Shown piece by piece: positions 50,608 through 63,972 of a stretch of 64,000 nucleotides of DNA. The notes beneath the pieces were generated by a model that saw nothing but the letters and a program-made list of their open reading frames with translations, searched no databases and was not told the origin of the DNA. Source of the stretch: Antedon mediterranea (taxonomy: Eukaryota; Animalia; Echinodermata); NCBI RefSeq assembly GCF_964355755.1, contig NC_092670.1, positions 25,344,795-25,408,794 of the forward strand. The letters are read 5' to 3'. A program made the translations under genes and the position numbers. Position 1 is the first letter of the stretch, and each line of letters opens with the position of its first letter.

Positions 50608-53600
50608 TTATCGATGTCTACCTTTACTTTTTGACTTTTTATTTGACCTAATAGATTTGGGTAAAGCTCTGTTTTGGCCTTTGCCCTTTTTCTTTGATTT
50701 CTTCTCTTTCCTTTCATTTTGGCCAGCTTGCTGTTCTTCCGTAATCTCACGATTTACAGCCTGAAAATGGACAACAAATATATATATACTCTAGATATTA
50801 TACATGGAATTCTTGGAAATTAAATATCACACTGCGCTTGAATCATAGCATGCTCCTATAGCATATAAATCTATCCTCTGCTTAGAGGGCAGCACAGACA
50901 AAAGGTTAGGTTCAGGAACAAAAGAAGTGTCTGCATAGGGGGAACCAATTCTCTGCTTAGGGAGAAAAATAGGAAAATTGATTTGGTACCCAAGATGCGA
51001 TGTAGAGAAATATATATACAGTATATATATTTTTAATTGTTTTTTTTATATATTTAGGCAAATTTCTAAAGTATAAATCAATATACAAAGAGCAGGTATG
51101 TGGGTTTATATAGCAGTATGTATGTCACCCCTGACAGTGGCCTCCAATGTATTTTAAACAATAAATTGGGAGCTAGGATGTATGGTGGTTGTATTTCTGC
51201 CTACTTTAATACAGTAGAACCCCTCCTTTGTGACACCCCTATTAAGGGTACACTTTAAGGAACAAAACAAAAGTACCTTACAGGTTGAATTAAGACGTAC
51301 AAACCTGTGAAATATTCATTTTTCCTTTTTTGTTGAGTGTGTCTAGAATGTGACGTTCCCTCTCCTTCTCAGAGCTTAGTGCACCAATCACGGGTTCAAA
51401 CTAAACAGTAAAGCAAGATTATTGTTATCAATTTCATAATTGATAAAAATAAAGGTCATTGACAGGTCAAGACAGAAAGCTTTCAGACCCACAATAAAAT
51501 GTAACCTTTCTGAAGCTCTGTCTACACTATCACACTAGTTTCACAAAAAAAAGTGTGATGTGCTCAAATATGGTAGTGATATGACATGATCATGTCCATA
51601 TATGGGCACATCACATTTTTTGATAGTGTTGACAGACAGCTTTATAACTGAAATGTAGCCTCCCATGTATACAGAAATAAAACAGTCCCTTACCTGGAAG
51701 TAAAATTGCAAATATTCATTGAAATCTGACAAAAATGTGTGTAAAATTTCCTTTGTAAACAAATATATAACTTACTTTTCTCTTCTTTCCTGAATTTCTC
51801 TGTGTTGGTTCTTTGGCCTAAAAGTAAGAATATACTATTTTTAATACAAATAATAAAATGCACATTTATTCCTACTTATACATTTAATATATGACAATTA
51901 AATATTATGGTTTGATTTTACAGGCCTTGGTGCTTAACTTCATTAACTGACAGTACAGTATTTTAGACCCTTATTAAGGTGATACCTTCAGGAGACCAAC
52001 ATATATTTTGTCCCTCAATTGTTTTTACAATATACTTACTAGTTTTTTGTCAAATTTTCCCATTGAAGCTGTTGACTGTTGTGCCATCTGTAGAGACTTT
52101 GTTAGTTGTGATTTGTTTGGTTTGTCTACAGTTGGCGTGTTTCCAACGCCAGGAACTATACAAGAATAAATATAAAGTATGTCACATCGAAAGGATGTAG
52201 GGATGAGTGCAAAATACATGTAAACCTTTGAAACCTGTTGAAACCTTAGTAGGGCTGTTAAGTGAACACCAATCCTTCAAATTGTGATAAAATTCTGAAA
52301 CTTGGTGGCCATTTTGGATTTCAAAATGGCCGAAACATTGCACACTAAAACATAGGCATCCATGGTGTCATTGGAAAGAGAATTTGATACTGACCATTTT
52401 ATTCCATTATACCCATATACAAAAGTTATAGTTACACACTTATTTAGCAATAAAAGAAGTCATGTGACCAATACTTAACATTGAATAATCTTACCTTTCT
52501 TTTTGCTGGTCCTTGCAATATTTCGAAGTCTTTGCAGCTCATTTTTTGCTACTCGTTCTTTCTTTTCTTTTTTCTTTTTCCCAAACTGATCTTCAAATGG
52601 ATCTGGAAAATGTTAATTTCACATATGTAAATAAAAACTTCTTAATTCACAATACATTCATTGTGTAAAATTATTTGAGAGTAGATTAATCACAATATAA
52701 AACGATCATATACAGTACCTGCATTTTGTGGAACCTCTAAAACCCAATCTCTTTTCAGATCACCTTTACTTTGATAACCCCATCGTGGTACCCATTTCTA
52801 CAAATAAAATAGAAAGTGTATTAAAGTTTCCAACTTTATTTTCTAATCGTTTACAACAAAAAAGTCATGTGTATTAATTGAGGCAAATTTACACAGACAA
52901 GCGGTAACAGTAATAAAAATACAGAATTTGACAATGAGGAGGGGTGTCGGTCGGTTTCCACTCAGGACAGATACAACCTGGGACAAGCTACTCAGTTTTT
53001 TGCTTACCACTACCACTCTCCTGTGTAAATTGGCATTTAAGCAGTAAATTGTGTCTCTTCTGGACAAATGCAAATTTTCTATTTTAAATCTGGTAATGAC
53101 TCAAGACTTTCATGGTTTCTAACAAATGTTATGAACACCTCATGACCTATTTTAAAATAAACAGTTGAAGGAAGGATTACAAATAATCAAACTGATTCTT
53201 ATTTACGAACCTGTAATTCTTCATCCCACACTTTACGAGTCTTTTTCTTATTTTGAATTCCTTTCATTTGAGCAAACTTCTCCCATCGTGTTGTAGCTTT
53301 AGGTTTTGGTATCTAAGAAACAATCATTCAGTTAAAATGCCAGTCTAAAACACTTTGAATTCCTGCTTGTGTTTAAGATTTTGGCAAGTGGATTTTGTGC
53401 AAACATGGGATTACATCTGAGGGTGGGCTTAATAATGAGTCACTATAAACCTGTATGAAAAACAAGTTTATACTTACGGATTTTTCCCTTGGGAGTCTGG
53501 TGGTTGGTTCTGGAAGCTGACAAATTTAGTAAATAAAAATAAAGAAATTATTATCTGATAAACATTGGATTTTCAGAAATTGTTTAAAATTATAAATATC

Positions 53601-54864
53601 AACTAATAACAATGACTTTGTACACATGTAAATGTGCCCAAGCAATATGGAATTTACCCACAATGCTATTAGTTCATACAGAAAAACAATAGTTGAATAA
53701 AAAAAGTATATTTAGAACCAAGCATTAGTTGGTGAACTAACTTTGACTGTAATAACATCTTCTGTCCTTTGAGCTGGAAGCTGCCAAGAAAAAAAAAAAT
53801 TAAATTCATAATAAGCAATATTTAATTTGTTAATTAATTCATAAATATTCTTAAATCACAAGTAAATGAAATCATGGGCAATTATTACAAAAAAATGACA
53901 TAGGGATTAAAAAAAAGTTTAAGTTTAAAATATTTACTGTAGTTTAGAAAAATGTGTGGTAAATCATGATATTTACAGGAGATAGCAGAATTAATGACGT
54001 ATGTTTCTAACCTGTAAATACTCACCTTCCATATTTCATTGAACAGTAGCTGTGTGTTCTCTCTTGATAATTCTTTTAAATACTCATTTTTGTTTTTACT
54101 ATATAAATGTAAAGTAAAAGTTAAGAATAGAAAAGATAGAAAACAAGGCATTAGACACACGGTTATGGAACAATAATAATCAATAGCCTTTAGGAAACAA
54201 CGAGGAATGTTATTGTTTTAAGTGATGTACCGTCAACCATGATATTGATGATATATGATAGAAAATTAGTTACACACAAAGTTGCCAGTTTATAAATACT
54301 GTACATACATGCACATGGTATTGGTATGGGCATCGAAATATTGAATTTATACATATTAAATATTTTCTAAATAAATCCTAAATAAATTAAAAGAAATCCA
54401 CAATTTGATTCGATTATTGCACATTTTATTTCTTAAAACCATACAATTACCATACATATTTATTTAATTTATCATTAATTAAACCTAAGCCTAGTACTAC
54501 TAGTAAAGTAGAAATATTACAACATATAATGATTTTATTTTCAAAATTCAAGGGATGTGGTATCATTTGTTTATACTTTAAAACGGGACGAATCATCCAA
54601 ATAAATACAAGAGAGCTGCGTGCGTGGTAGGTAGAGCGTAGACGTGTTGGATTGAGTGGTTGGTGGGAGGAGCAGCCACTCGCTCGTCTGAAATTTATTC
54701 AATTCCTACCTTTGTTCAAATCCTGTTATTGGATTTGGATCACAAACAAGAAGGTTTCCTAAATCAAGAGTAGGGTCTATATCTTTATTTACAACTAGAC
54801 TTTTAAATTTCTTTGCTTCCTCGTCGATACTTTTCAACACGTTTTCTACTGTGTTGGTAGCCAT
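50608..54864 (-). CDS. RRS1: Ribosome biogenesis regulatory protein RRS1, about 11 exons (approx. 54709-54864, 54026-54099, 53741-53780, 53477-53515, 53211-53311, 52719-52796, 52039-52156 and 52494-52603, 51776-51817, 51280-51401, 50608-50761)
   Basis: DLGNLL, RENTQLLFNEIW, LPEPTTRLPREK, TRWEKFAQMKGI, WVPRWGY, ERVAKNELQRLRNI, STASMGKFD; Lys-rich C-terminus. Confidence 0.92.
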
Positions 54865-55162
54865 TTTGAGTGTGCAATGGACTACATTAGCCAGACGTTT
54901 CGAAGTACACGTACTTTTTCGTTGATTATTGTTCTTATATATAAAGCTATTGTGTCTAAAATTAATTTAGATGGACTTTATTTATTCATGTTCATTATTA
55001 AAATATGGCCATGATTTTAAATTGTACTTTTAAATAAGAGAAAAACAAAAAAAATAATTTAGTGAGAGAAACAGCGTGTGATAAAAAAAAGTAAAACGTC
55101 TAAACTGTTAACGTATAACGGCTGGGGGCAGCAGACTGGTCTCTTCTGCCATATCTACAAAG
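54865..55162. promoter_or_regulatory. Probable bidirectional RRS1/RPL18 promoter with TCT/5'TOP-like pyrimidine tract at about 55140-55150
   Basis: ATGs 54864(-) and 55163(+) are about 300 bp apart; TCTCTTCTGCC lies about 20 nt upstream of the RPL18 ATG, typical of ribosomal protein gene starts. Confidence 0.65.
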
Positions 55163-58100
55163 ATGGTAGGTGCTTGATACGAATTGAGAATTTAAATCTG
55201 GTATAATCATTCGTAATATCGCATATTATGTTAAATTAACAATACATATTGGTACAATAATAGTATTTATATTATTTCATTTCTATTTTAAGGGTATTGA
55301 CATTGACCACAAGAAGGAGCGAAAGGTTCATAGAACCGAGCCCAAGAGTCAAGATATCTACCTTCGGCTCCTTGTCAAATTGTATCGGTTCCTAGCTCGT
55401 CGTACCAATGGCAAATTCAATAAAATCGTACTGAAACGTCTCTTTATGAGCAGAGCTAATAGACAACCTATGTCAGTGGCTCGATTGGTAAGATATTAAA
55501 ACATTTTATATTACATTAGGCCTATATATATGCTGCTAGTAGCGACCGCAATTTGCTACCGCGCATCGTTTCTGCGCATCAATATACTCGGTTCAGTTCG
55601 CTGTGCAAAATCTTGGTTTTAGTTGACGCCGCCAGCGGTTGTTTACCTTGTACCGTTCAAACGGTTTTTATGGTGCATTGTGGGTGTATATGTCACCTTT
55701 TTAATCGTTTACCTTCGCCATCTTTTTTTTCCGATCGGTTTAAAAAAAAAATTATCAAGATCCGTTTATTATAAGCAAAGTTATTGATTTCAGAATAGGT
55801 AAGTAATATTGAGTGATAAAAAAATGATTTTTAACCTAATTTTTCGAATATAACGGTTATAGACCCATTAAAAACAATATGAAAAACGGAAAGAACAGGT
55901 TGTCTTTGACTTGAATGCAATCATTTCAAGCAGATTAAATGCGACGCTTCCCGACGCCAACGACTTTCTTAGGCCAAGTCTAGGTCATTTGAAGGTCACT
56001 TGGCCTAGCTTTTTGTTAATCAATAAAACCATAATAAAATCATTTAGTATATTAATAAATAATGTTTGTTGACATTGTAAATTTAATTGTTGATGTATAT
56101 TTAAAGTTTTCTAGAATTTTGAGTTATTTAAATACCGTAAATTAAATAATATTACTGTATTGATATTTTTAATTACAGAGGGTGTTAGCCTAGTTGTTAA
56201 CACCACCGTGTGCAGTCCCTTGATTATTAAGTTTGCTGTTCTATCTGGTAGGTTTACTCCTTCTATTATATACTGTTTTTTTGTTAATTATATGTTTTGT
56301 TGATTATTTGTTGTTTTTATTGTTCAATATTGTCTTCTAATGAAAATATTTTATTGTAACGTTAATTTTGTTATTTATATATAAAATTATTAATATCGAT
56401 ACTAATTGTTTTTTGTTATTTTTCTAATTTCAGATTCAATATAAATACCCGCACCAGTTACCAATCTGATATTTTAACCAATAAGAAATATATAAATTCC
56501 ACAAATCATAGTTTAATTAGTAGTTTATCATACTATATAGTATAATTTAATTATTAAAATGAATTTGAGCTATACTAATCAAGACAAACATAAGAATATT
56601 ACATATAAACCATGTATAAACACATATTTATTAAAATCTGCTATACTGTAGACTACATTAACTCGCTTACTTTTAAATAAATGTGTTGCAAACAAAAAAT
56701 AAATGAATGTATTTTTTGTATTACTGTTGACTGCTTTGGTTTTATTACTGCTGGTGATTTGATGATGTGTTGAAGATGCAGTAAAAATTACGTTTACAAG
56801 TACGAAAAAACAAAATGATCATTAGTGTTGGACGCCCAATTTTTTGTTTACATTAATTCTGGTTGCCATGGTAACTTATTAGTAACATACACAATCATTT
56901 TTTTCTTCAAAAATGTTGTTGTTGAGACTTGGTAAGTACCTACAGTATTGGTGAAAAAAACAATGAAGAAATTAAGTTTATATCCTACACTTGTTTACCT
57001 TTTTAAAGCAACATCTTTTTGCGCATCATAATATATATTGTATATAAATTATTAGTAAACAAATTAATGTTTGTTGCTATGGTAACTGTTCGTCTTAAAA
57101 AAGTTAAAAATTATATAGTTTGCTGACAATTTGTTAAAACTAAGAGAATAACTTTGTTTTTGTATGCAAACACTCTTAAATATCGAGTTAAATCCAATTG
57201 TTTATTTTCTTGTTTACATAAATGCTGGTTGCCATGGTAACTTATTTCTACCACATAATCATATTTGTTTTAATGTGGTTGTTGTCACTTGGTATTAATA
57301 GTACCTATTGGTGAAAAAACAAGTTTTATATATATTCTGTACACTTGTTTACCTTTTTATAGGTTGACATCTTTTTGCGCATCACATTCAAATTATTAGT
57401 AAACAAATTAAAGTCTTGTTGCTATGGTAACTGTTCATCTTATAAAATTAAAAATTATTTAGTTTGTTGACAATTTATTGAAACTAACATAATAACTTTG
57501 TTTTAGTAATAAAATATGCTTAAACATTGAGTTAAATCCATTTGTTTATTTTCTTGTTTACACAAATTCTGGTTGTCATGGTAACATATTCGCAATGTCG
57601 AATATAATAAAAATTTTGCCAAAATGGGGTCGTTGAGACTTGAGGTACCTATAGGTGAAAAAACATGAAGAAAGTATGTTTCATATAGATTTTACAATTG
57701 TTTAAAGTTGTTTACCTTTTTATGAATATTTAATTAGCTTGATAACTACCTGTATATACATCTGTTTTGACCAATATTCCTCATATACAAGATTAACGAA
57801 AAATCATGATTTTTCAAATTTTCAAATTGCGATAACTCTGGAACCCAATGTCCAAATTGACTAAGGGAGGTGGCAAATAAAAGCTATAATCCTACCCTTT
57901 CTTACTATGCTAAAATAAAGTGAATTCAATGCTTTTAAATTTTTCATGAAATATTGCTACTGCTAGCCTATCTATACTCTACCTATTTCAGTAGTATATA
58001 ATAATTAGGCCTAGCCTAGGCCTTCTTACATGCTATTTTGTTGTACTATACTGGCATTATTTAGGTCTTTAGGTAGGGCCTGTTGGTTTTAGTAGTGTAG

Positions 58101-59499
58101 TAGTACTTTTTGTATTTGAATTGTAAATTTGTGCTCATCAGAATGTCATTCAAATAGTAAATGTTGACAACGCAAGCTTTTTCATTTAATAAATAACAAT
58201 ATCAATGCTCAAAATACTCCGTTAAATAAGTACTCAACAGAAAAACTGTACTCAACGATAAAAGTCCTACTCGAATACAACAAATATTGTTTGTAAACCA
58301 TTTATATTAATTTTCTGACAGCATGTAATGATGTATTGTACAATCCAATTTTCAATTTTTTATAGGCTCGCAAAATGAAGTTGGCTAACCGTGGAGATAA
58401 AACTGCTGTCGTCGTCGGCACTGTGACAGATGATCTCAGAATATTTTCACTCCCAAAGATCAAGGTTGTAATAACTATATTTTGCTGAATATGAGTATTA
58501 ACTCTGTTTAATAATAATAAGTACAGTAGAACCTCTATTAAAAGGAAAACTTGAGGACTCAGCATGATGTCTGTAGGAGGTTGGTGGTTAATGGTGTTTC
58601 ATGGGAAAGGGTGTCCTAAAAGAGGGATTCTAATGGTGAAATATGTAATTCATTTACTTATTCTTAAAGTAACAATTTGATTAAAACTAGCAGTGTAATT
58701 TTTTCAGGTATGTGCATTGCATGTAACTGCTGGAGCTAGAACAAGAATTTTGAAGGCTGGTGGTGAGATTATGACCTTTGACCAGTTGGCCCTGCAGGCT
58801 CCCAAGGGACAGAACACTGTGCTTCTTCAAGGTATATTTTTTTCAAACCCTTTTTTCTAAAGGTCTTTCACATTTGTTAGATTCTGATTAGTTTTTGGAA
58901 TCTCTAGAAGTTTATGACAGTGTGTTTATTTACTATACATTAAAGAGTTTGTTTGTTCTTGCTTTATGGAAAGCTGGATAAACTTTTGACCAATTGGGAG
59001 TAACATCCAAACGATTAGAATCCACTTGAGGTGGAGAATTAGGTTGCATCATTTATTTGTTAGGATTTAATTGAGAATTTATTGAGAACCCAGAAATTGA
59101 TGATACATCCTGGTTAGAATAACAAATTAGTTACCATAACTTCTTGTTAGTAATTCTTTGTACTGATTGATTACATTTTAGCACGTCGCAAATCAAGGAA
59201 GGTTTACAGACATTTTGGAAAAGCACCAGGAACGCCCCACGCCAACACCAAGTAAGTGAAACTACCATGTACTAACAATACAAGGCTTAATTAGAACTGC
59301 GCATTCAGCAGCTACTGCACAATACAGAATGCCATAGCTGAGATATTAAGGAAAAACAAATTAACTTCTTTACTGTTCGAGCAAAATGGAGTTTTATGAT
59401 CATATTCTCAATTCTTTTTTCAGGCCATATGTTCGATCAAAGGGAAGGAAGTTCGAGCGGGCTCGTGGTCGCCGTGCCAGCCGTGGCTACAAGAACTAA
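55163..59499 (+). CDS. RPL18: 60S ribosomal protein L18 (eL18), 6 exons (55163-55165, 55293-55487, 58366-58464, 58708-58831, 59182-59251, 59424-59499)
   Basis: M|[38 protein letters not shown]...[12 protein letters not shown]...[24 protein letters not shown]. Confidence 0.97.
55531..57965. mobile_element. About 2.4-kb non-autonomous insertion in RPL18 intron 2 with tandem subunits of about 350-365 bp
   Basis: Flanks CCTATATATA (55521-55530) and CCTATCTATA (57967-57976) resemble a TSD; weak AGTAGC/GCTACT inverted ends; tandem units start at about 56855, 57220, 57565. Confidence 0.5.
58521..58635. mobile_element. Tc1/mariner-type MITE relic (TA|CAGTAGAACCTCT); related ends at about 51209 and 62219
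   Basis: tacagtagaacctctattaa...agagggattcta. Confidence 0.5.
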
Positions 59500-60239
59500 A
59501 TTCTTGTTTACAGGGAGTCAAATTCACATTTATCCTGTATTGTAATAATAATATAGCCCATTAAAAAATAAAGCAGTGGCAAGGAATATGTTGTTTGTTT
59601 AATTTGTTATTGATTTCCATAGAGATAACTAAACTTTAAAAAAAATGCTGGCTGTTTTTATTACTTTAAAAATATATTAGTACCCAGTATATTCATTCAT
59701 TTCCTTATTTCAGATAAACAAAACAAAAAGACAAAAAATTTCGCCAGAAAATTAATAGCATCCGCCACAAAAACAATCTACAATGTCCGATATCCTAAAA
59801 TATTATTTTGCACCAACACTGATATGTAGGTTGGATTGTGGAAAACTATGGTTTTTAGACCATTGCAACTGTCATGAAGAGTTCCTCAACTATTCAAAGT
59901 GAGGGAAGGTTATAACAATTATCATACTTGCACTATTATAACAAATAATATATACCGGAGTAGTATGATATAATTATAAAATTTATTATAAACTATTTAG
60001 TTTTACTATATAAATTTTATGATTTACAATATATTATGAAGAATTGCATAAAACATATCTATTTCTATATACAGTAATTTGTATATTCTAAAATTATTAC
60101 TACTGTATATATATAAAAATAATTATTTACAATTTGTGTGTTCTTTGACATAAAACATTGACAATTTTTTCTATACAGTACAGTTTTTGTAGGTACATAA
60201 CTGGCTACAGACAATGTCCTTTGTTAGAGGTGAATGACT

Positions 60240-62736
60240 TCATTCAAAAAGTGATATTACACAATCTAACTCATCATCATCAATGCAATTCCTTCCATCT
60301 AAACTTGGTGTATCTGATGTATCTTTGGTTTTCTTTAGTTTAACACGTGGCTGCTTCCGGAGTTTTGGTTCATATTTTTCGCGTAGAAATTCCCTTGAAC
60401 GAATATCAGCCTGAAAAACAAGTACAATATTTCAATAAAACACTGCCACTACCAAATCGGGACATTGGTATTTGGGACACCCCCAATTAATAGAGATATT
60501 TCTCTGTGGAATGAATGAGGTGGCAATACATGGCCAATTCACGGGGCACTCCTGTGAAGTTAATAAGTCTAAGGAATGAATGAGGTGCCAATTCACGGGG
60601 CACTCCTGTGAAGTTAATAAGTCTAAGGAATAGTTACTTGACGTATAGGTTCTGGTATTCTATGCTTGCTGCAGCGATGCACCAGGTCCACAGCTGTCTC
60701 TAGACTTATTTTGTGCCCTACAGATACATACACTGGATTGCTAGACTCATCACAAACTCTTAATACCTAATAAATTAAAAGGAAATTAATAACATCTTAG
60801 AAGTGTCCTACAGATACATACACTGGATTGCTAGACTCATCACAAACTCTTAATACCTAATAAATTAAAAGGAAATTAATAACATCTTAGAAGTGTCCTA
60901 CAGATACATACACTGGATTGCTAGACTCATCACAAACTCTTAATACCTAATAAATTAATAGGAAATCAATAACATTTTAGATGCTATTTTTTACAATTAC
61001 ATTATATTAATATATAATTGTAGTATGGAAGATGCGACAAAATTAAGAAGTCCAGAAAGAGCATTTATTTTGGTTTTAAGTAAAAATAAAGCGGTAATAG
61101 TCATACCTTGCCAAGAATTTTACCAGAACTTCCAGACAAAGGAAAACTTTCCCCACCTTTTGTTAGCTGTTTGATCTGAAAGAAATTCATATTATACAGT
61201 AAATCTTGTAATTTGATTGGATAAGCTTTGACTGCATACTTAAAACTATGGCAGTTTAGCCTAGAAATAAATATGATGTAATACTTAGTATTTGGGAATA
61301 TAGCCACATTAAATGTTCTTTCTGTTGCATTTTATTTAGGTAGTTTTGGGGCCCCCTTAGATTTACATATGGGGTAACTTTCTTTTTAAAAGTTAAACTT
61401 TGTTTAGTAATAATTCACCTTTTCTGCATGTGAAGCATCTTTTTCAATTCCATCAACATGGAGCAGTTTCTTAGCAACACCAATCGTTACCATGTCAGTA
61501 ATTACACCCAGATGGCAAGCAACACCAAATCCTAAAGATAAAAACATTTTTCCATAAAATTATAGACAGTAAAACAGACACATGAACCACTAGGACTGCA
61601 TTATATCATGACACAACATGAGTTCACAGTTCATGATGTCACTCAATCAAAACTTTCAATCTCACAATTACACATACATTTAAATTATATACTCTGTGTA
61701 CATACATTAACTGATGTTATATTATACCTCTTGGATGGAGCATTCCATTACCATCGACAAACATTACCTGAAAGACATTTTACTTATCAATATTAATAAA
61801 TAGGCCTTGCAACTAAAATATCAGAACATCGTGGAGTTACATTGCAGTAGTTCTCTATGATTTTATAGGTATTATCAATCACAATTATTTTAATTTATGT
61901 TTACATAAGTTGCAGTACTTTTCTGAAAAATGTTTAATTCAAAGAATTTAGGGGGTGGAAGGCAAACAGATAAACAGATATAACAGCAAACCTGTGGCAT
62001 ATATTCTGGTTTTTCATGTTTGAGCTTTTCAATGCAGTCAACAAGAAAACTAACTTCCCTAAATGCCAAGAATCCAGAGATATATGGAGCTGTCAACTGG
62101 ATATGACTGCAGTCACTGTAGACAACCTGAAACAAAAGAGATTAAGAATACAGAAACACCATAACTCTACTTAACTATTACAGTATATCGCTAAAACAAC
62201 AATGTTTTCATAGTGAACTACAGTAGAACTTTTGAGATACGGAAGACCTCTATTATTATTGTTATTTTCAGGGTGCATGGGTCGGTCAACTTTGAGTGTG
62301 CAAAATGGTTGATTCAGTGTGTAATGCTTCCACTTTATTTGTGTAAGTAGAGAGGTCCTATCTTCACCTGTAGGTCAGGGTAACTGCACACTACTAAACA
62401 TGCACATGCGTTGAAATCATCTCCCTTCACAAAAGACAAATCAACACCACCGATGTAACATAAACTGTTCAATTCTTTCTCATTCTGCCATTTTTCAACA
62501 TCTTCACAAACTAACTTGCTCTTTAGTTGTTCCTGTTTTCTAAATGACAAAACAAGTTTTATCCAAAAAAAATCTATCTTATATTTTTTTTGTAAACAAA
62601 ACAAAACTTAGCATTTTAGCCAGGTCACGGATCTGCCCAGATCCCATTCACCTCATTTTAACCAGTTGTGCAACCCGTTGGCCACTTACAATTCCCATTC
62701 TGCTTTAACAATATCATTAATATCTGCTGGATCCAT
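60240..62736 (-). CDS. ENDOV: Endonuclease V, 8 coding exons (approx. 62690-62736, 62368-62539, 61992-62126, 61728-61767, 61419-61531, 61107-61176, 60638-60766, 60240-60410)
   Basis: [75 protein letters not shown]. Confidence 0.93.
60508..60631. repeat. Intronic tandem duplication of about 54 bp
   Basis: gccaattcacggggcactcctgtgaagttaataagtctaaggaat occurs twice. Confidence 0.8.
60717..60982. repeat. 90-bp tandem triplication spanning an ENDOV intron-exon boundary
   Basis: cagatacatacactggattgctagactcatcacaaactcttaatacctaa starts at 60721, 60811 and 60901. Confidence 0.95.
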
Positions 62737-62947
62737 TTATCACACCTTCTGTGAAAAAAGAACATCAATGAAAAATAAACATGGAAGATAAAAATTGATA
62801 TGCTTTTTTGATCATTTTTTTGTTGTTGGGAAGATGTTTAAAAATTCTAGTGGAATCTTGATTTTAAAATGTAATACTTTGTCGTACAGACAACGATTTC
62901 AATAATCTATCACTGTTATGATATCAGGAATATTTATATCAGTACAG

Positions 62948-63086
62948 AGTGCAGGTCAACTCAGCCCTAAACCGTCTCAGCCAAAGTCAAGTCGGCCCCA
63001 CCCCCACGTCAAGTCGGTCTCAAGTCAACTCGGCCTCACGTCATCTCGGCCTCAAGCCAACTCGGCCCTTACGTCAACTCGGCCCC
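62948..63086. repeat. Degenerate short tandem repeat (GTCAACTCGGCC-like, about 17 bp)
   Basis: Repeated caagtcaactcggcc variants upstream of the ENDOV ATG. Confidence 0.65.
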
Positions 63087-63894
63087 ATTAAAGTATGGAA
63101 TGCAAAAACTGCTAATAGTTATATTATAATTGCAAGATTAGTTAGGTTAAGCCTACAAAATAGGCCTAGGCCTAGACAAGATAAACGGAAAATTCAATAT
63201 AAATTATAACACACCCGGTCTTTTTTGTTTAATTGATAGTATTTATTTATATTATATTATTAATATTATTATTAGTTGTGATGTAGTCTCAGTAACGTGT
63301 TTGTTAGGTCTTATTTTAATACAAGGATGTTCCCAGAATGAATCGAAATATTCTTAGATATATTAAGCATTGTCTACACTATCAAACTTTATTATGTGAC
63401 AAAATAATGTGATGTACCCATATATGGACATGATGTCACGAGTTGGATCGAATTCTCCTGTTCCTGTACCTAAAAAATTCACAAACAATTTATGTGCAGT
63501 TACTTACAGAGCAAATCAATGCAATTGAATTCATACCCTCAAGGATTATTATAACTGTGAATAAAAAAGAAAATATTGTAATTTATAACAAAAAAGACAA
63601 GAAACCAATGGTAAAGTAAAGAAAATGTCAGCCTCTTGCATCATATCACGAGCATGTGAAATTTCATGCTTGAACAATCTTGTTTATTTTTATTAGAGTA
63701 TTAGTGACGTGTAAATACTCTGAGCATGCGCAAGAGCACTAAACTTTAGTTACTACAACAAACGCAGTTCTCGGTTTCGCAAATTTCGGTTCCGTAAATT
63801 AAATCCCCATTAAAATTGTCAATTTATTGACATTTTATCCAAAAAAGGGTAACTATTAAAAGGAGAAAGTGCTAATTTAAGAAAATTCATTGCA

Positions 63895-63972
63895 ATGGAA
63901 GAGCAACAAGAGGGAAAAAAGGACGAAAAGGAAACAGACTACAGGAGGTTGCAAAGTTATCCATTGATTCGG
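63895..63972 (+). CDS. DNAL4: Dynein axonemal light chain 4, first coding exon (gene runs off the window)
   Basis: MEEQQEGKKDEKETDYRRLQSYPLIR|gtaggt resembles the vertebrate DNAL4 N-terminus (EGKKDEADYKRLQTFPLVR). Confidence 0.8.

Noticed and set aside
58940-59360. Candidate intronic snoRNAs in RPL18 introns 4 and 5 (TGATGA at about 59097 with CTGA at 59163; hairpin GCATTC/GAATGC followed by ACA at about 59356)
   Set aside because: No terminal stem and the D box is too close to the acceptor; ACA spacing is wrong and I could not identify an rRNA guide. snoscan/snoGPS or small RNA-seq would settle it.
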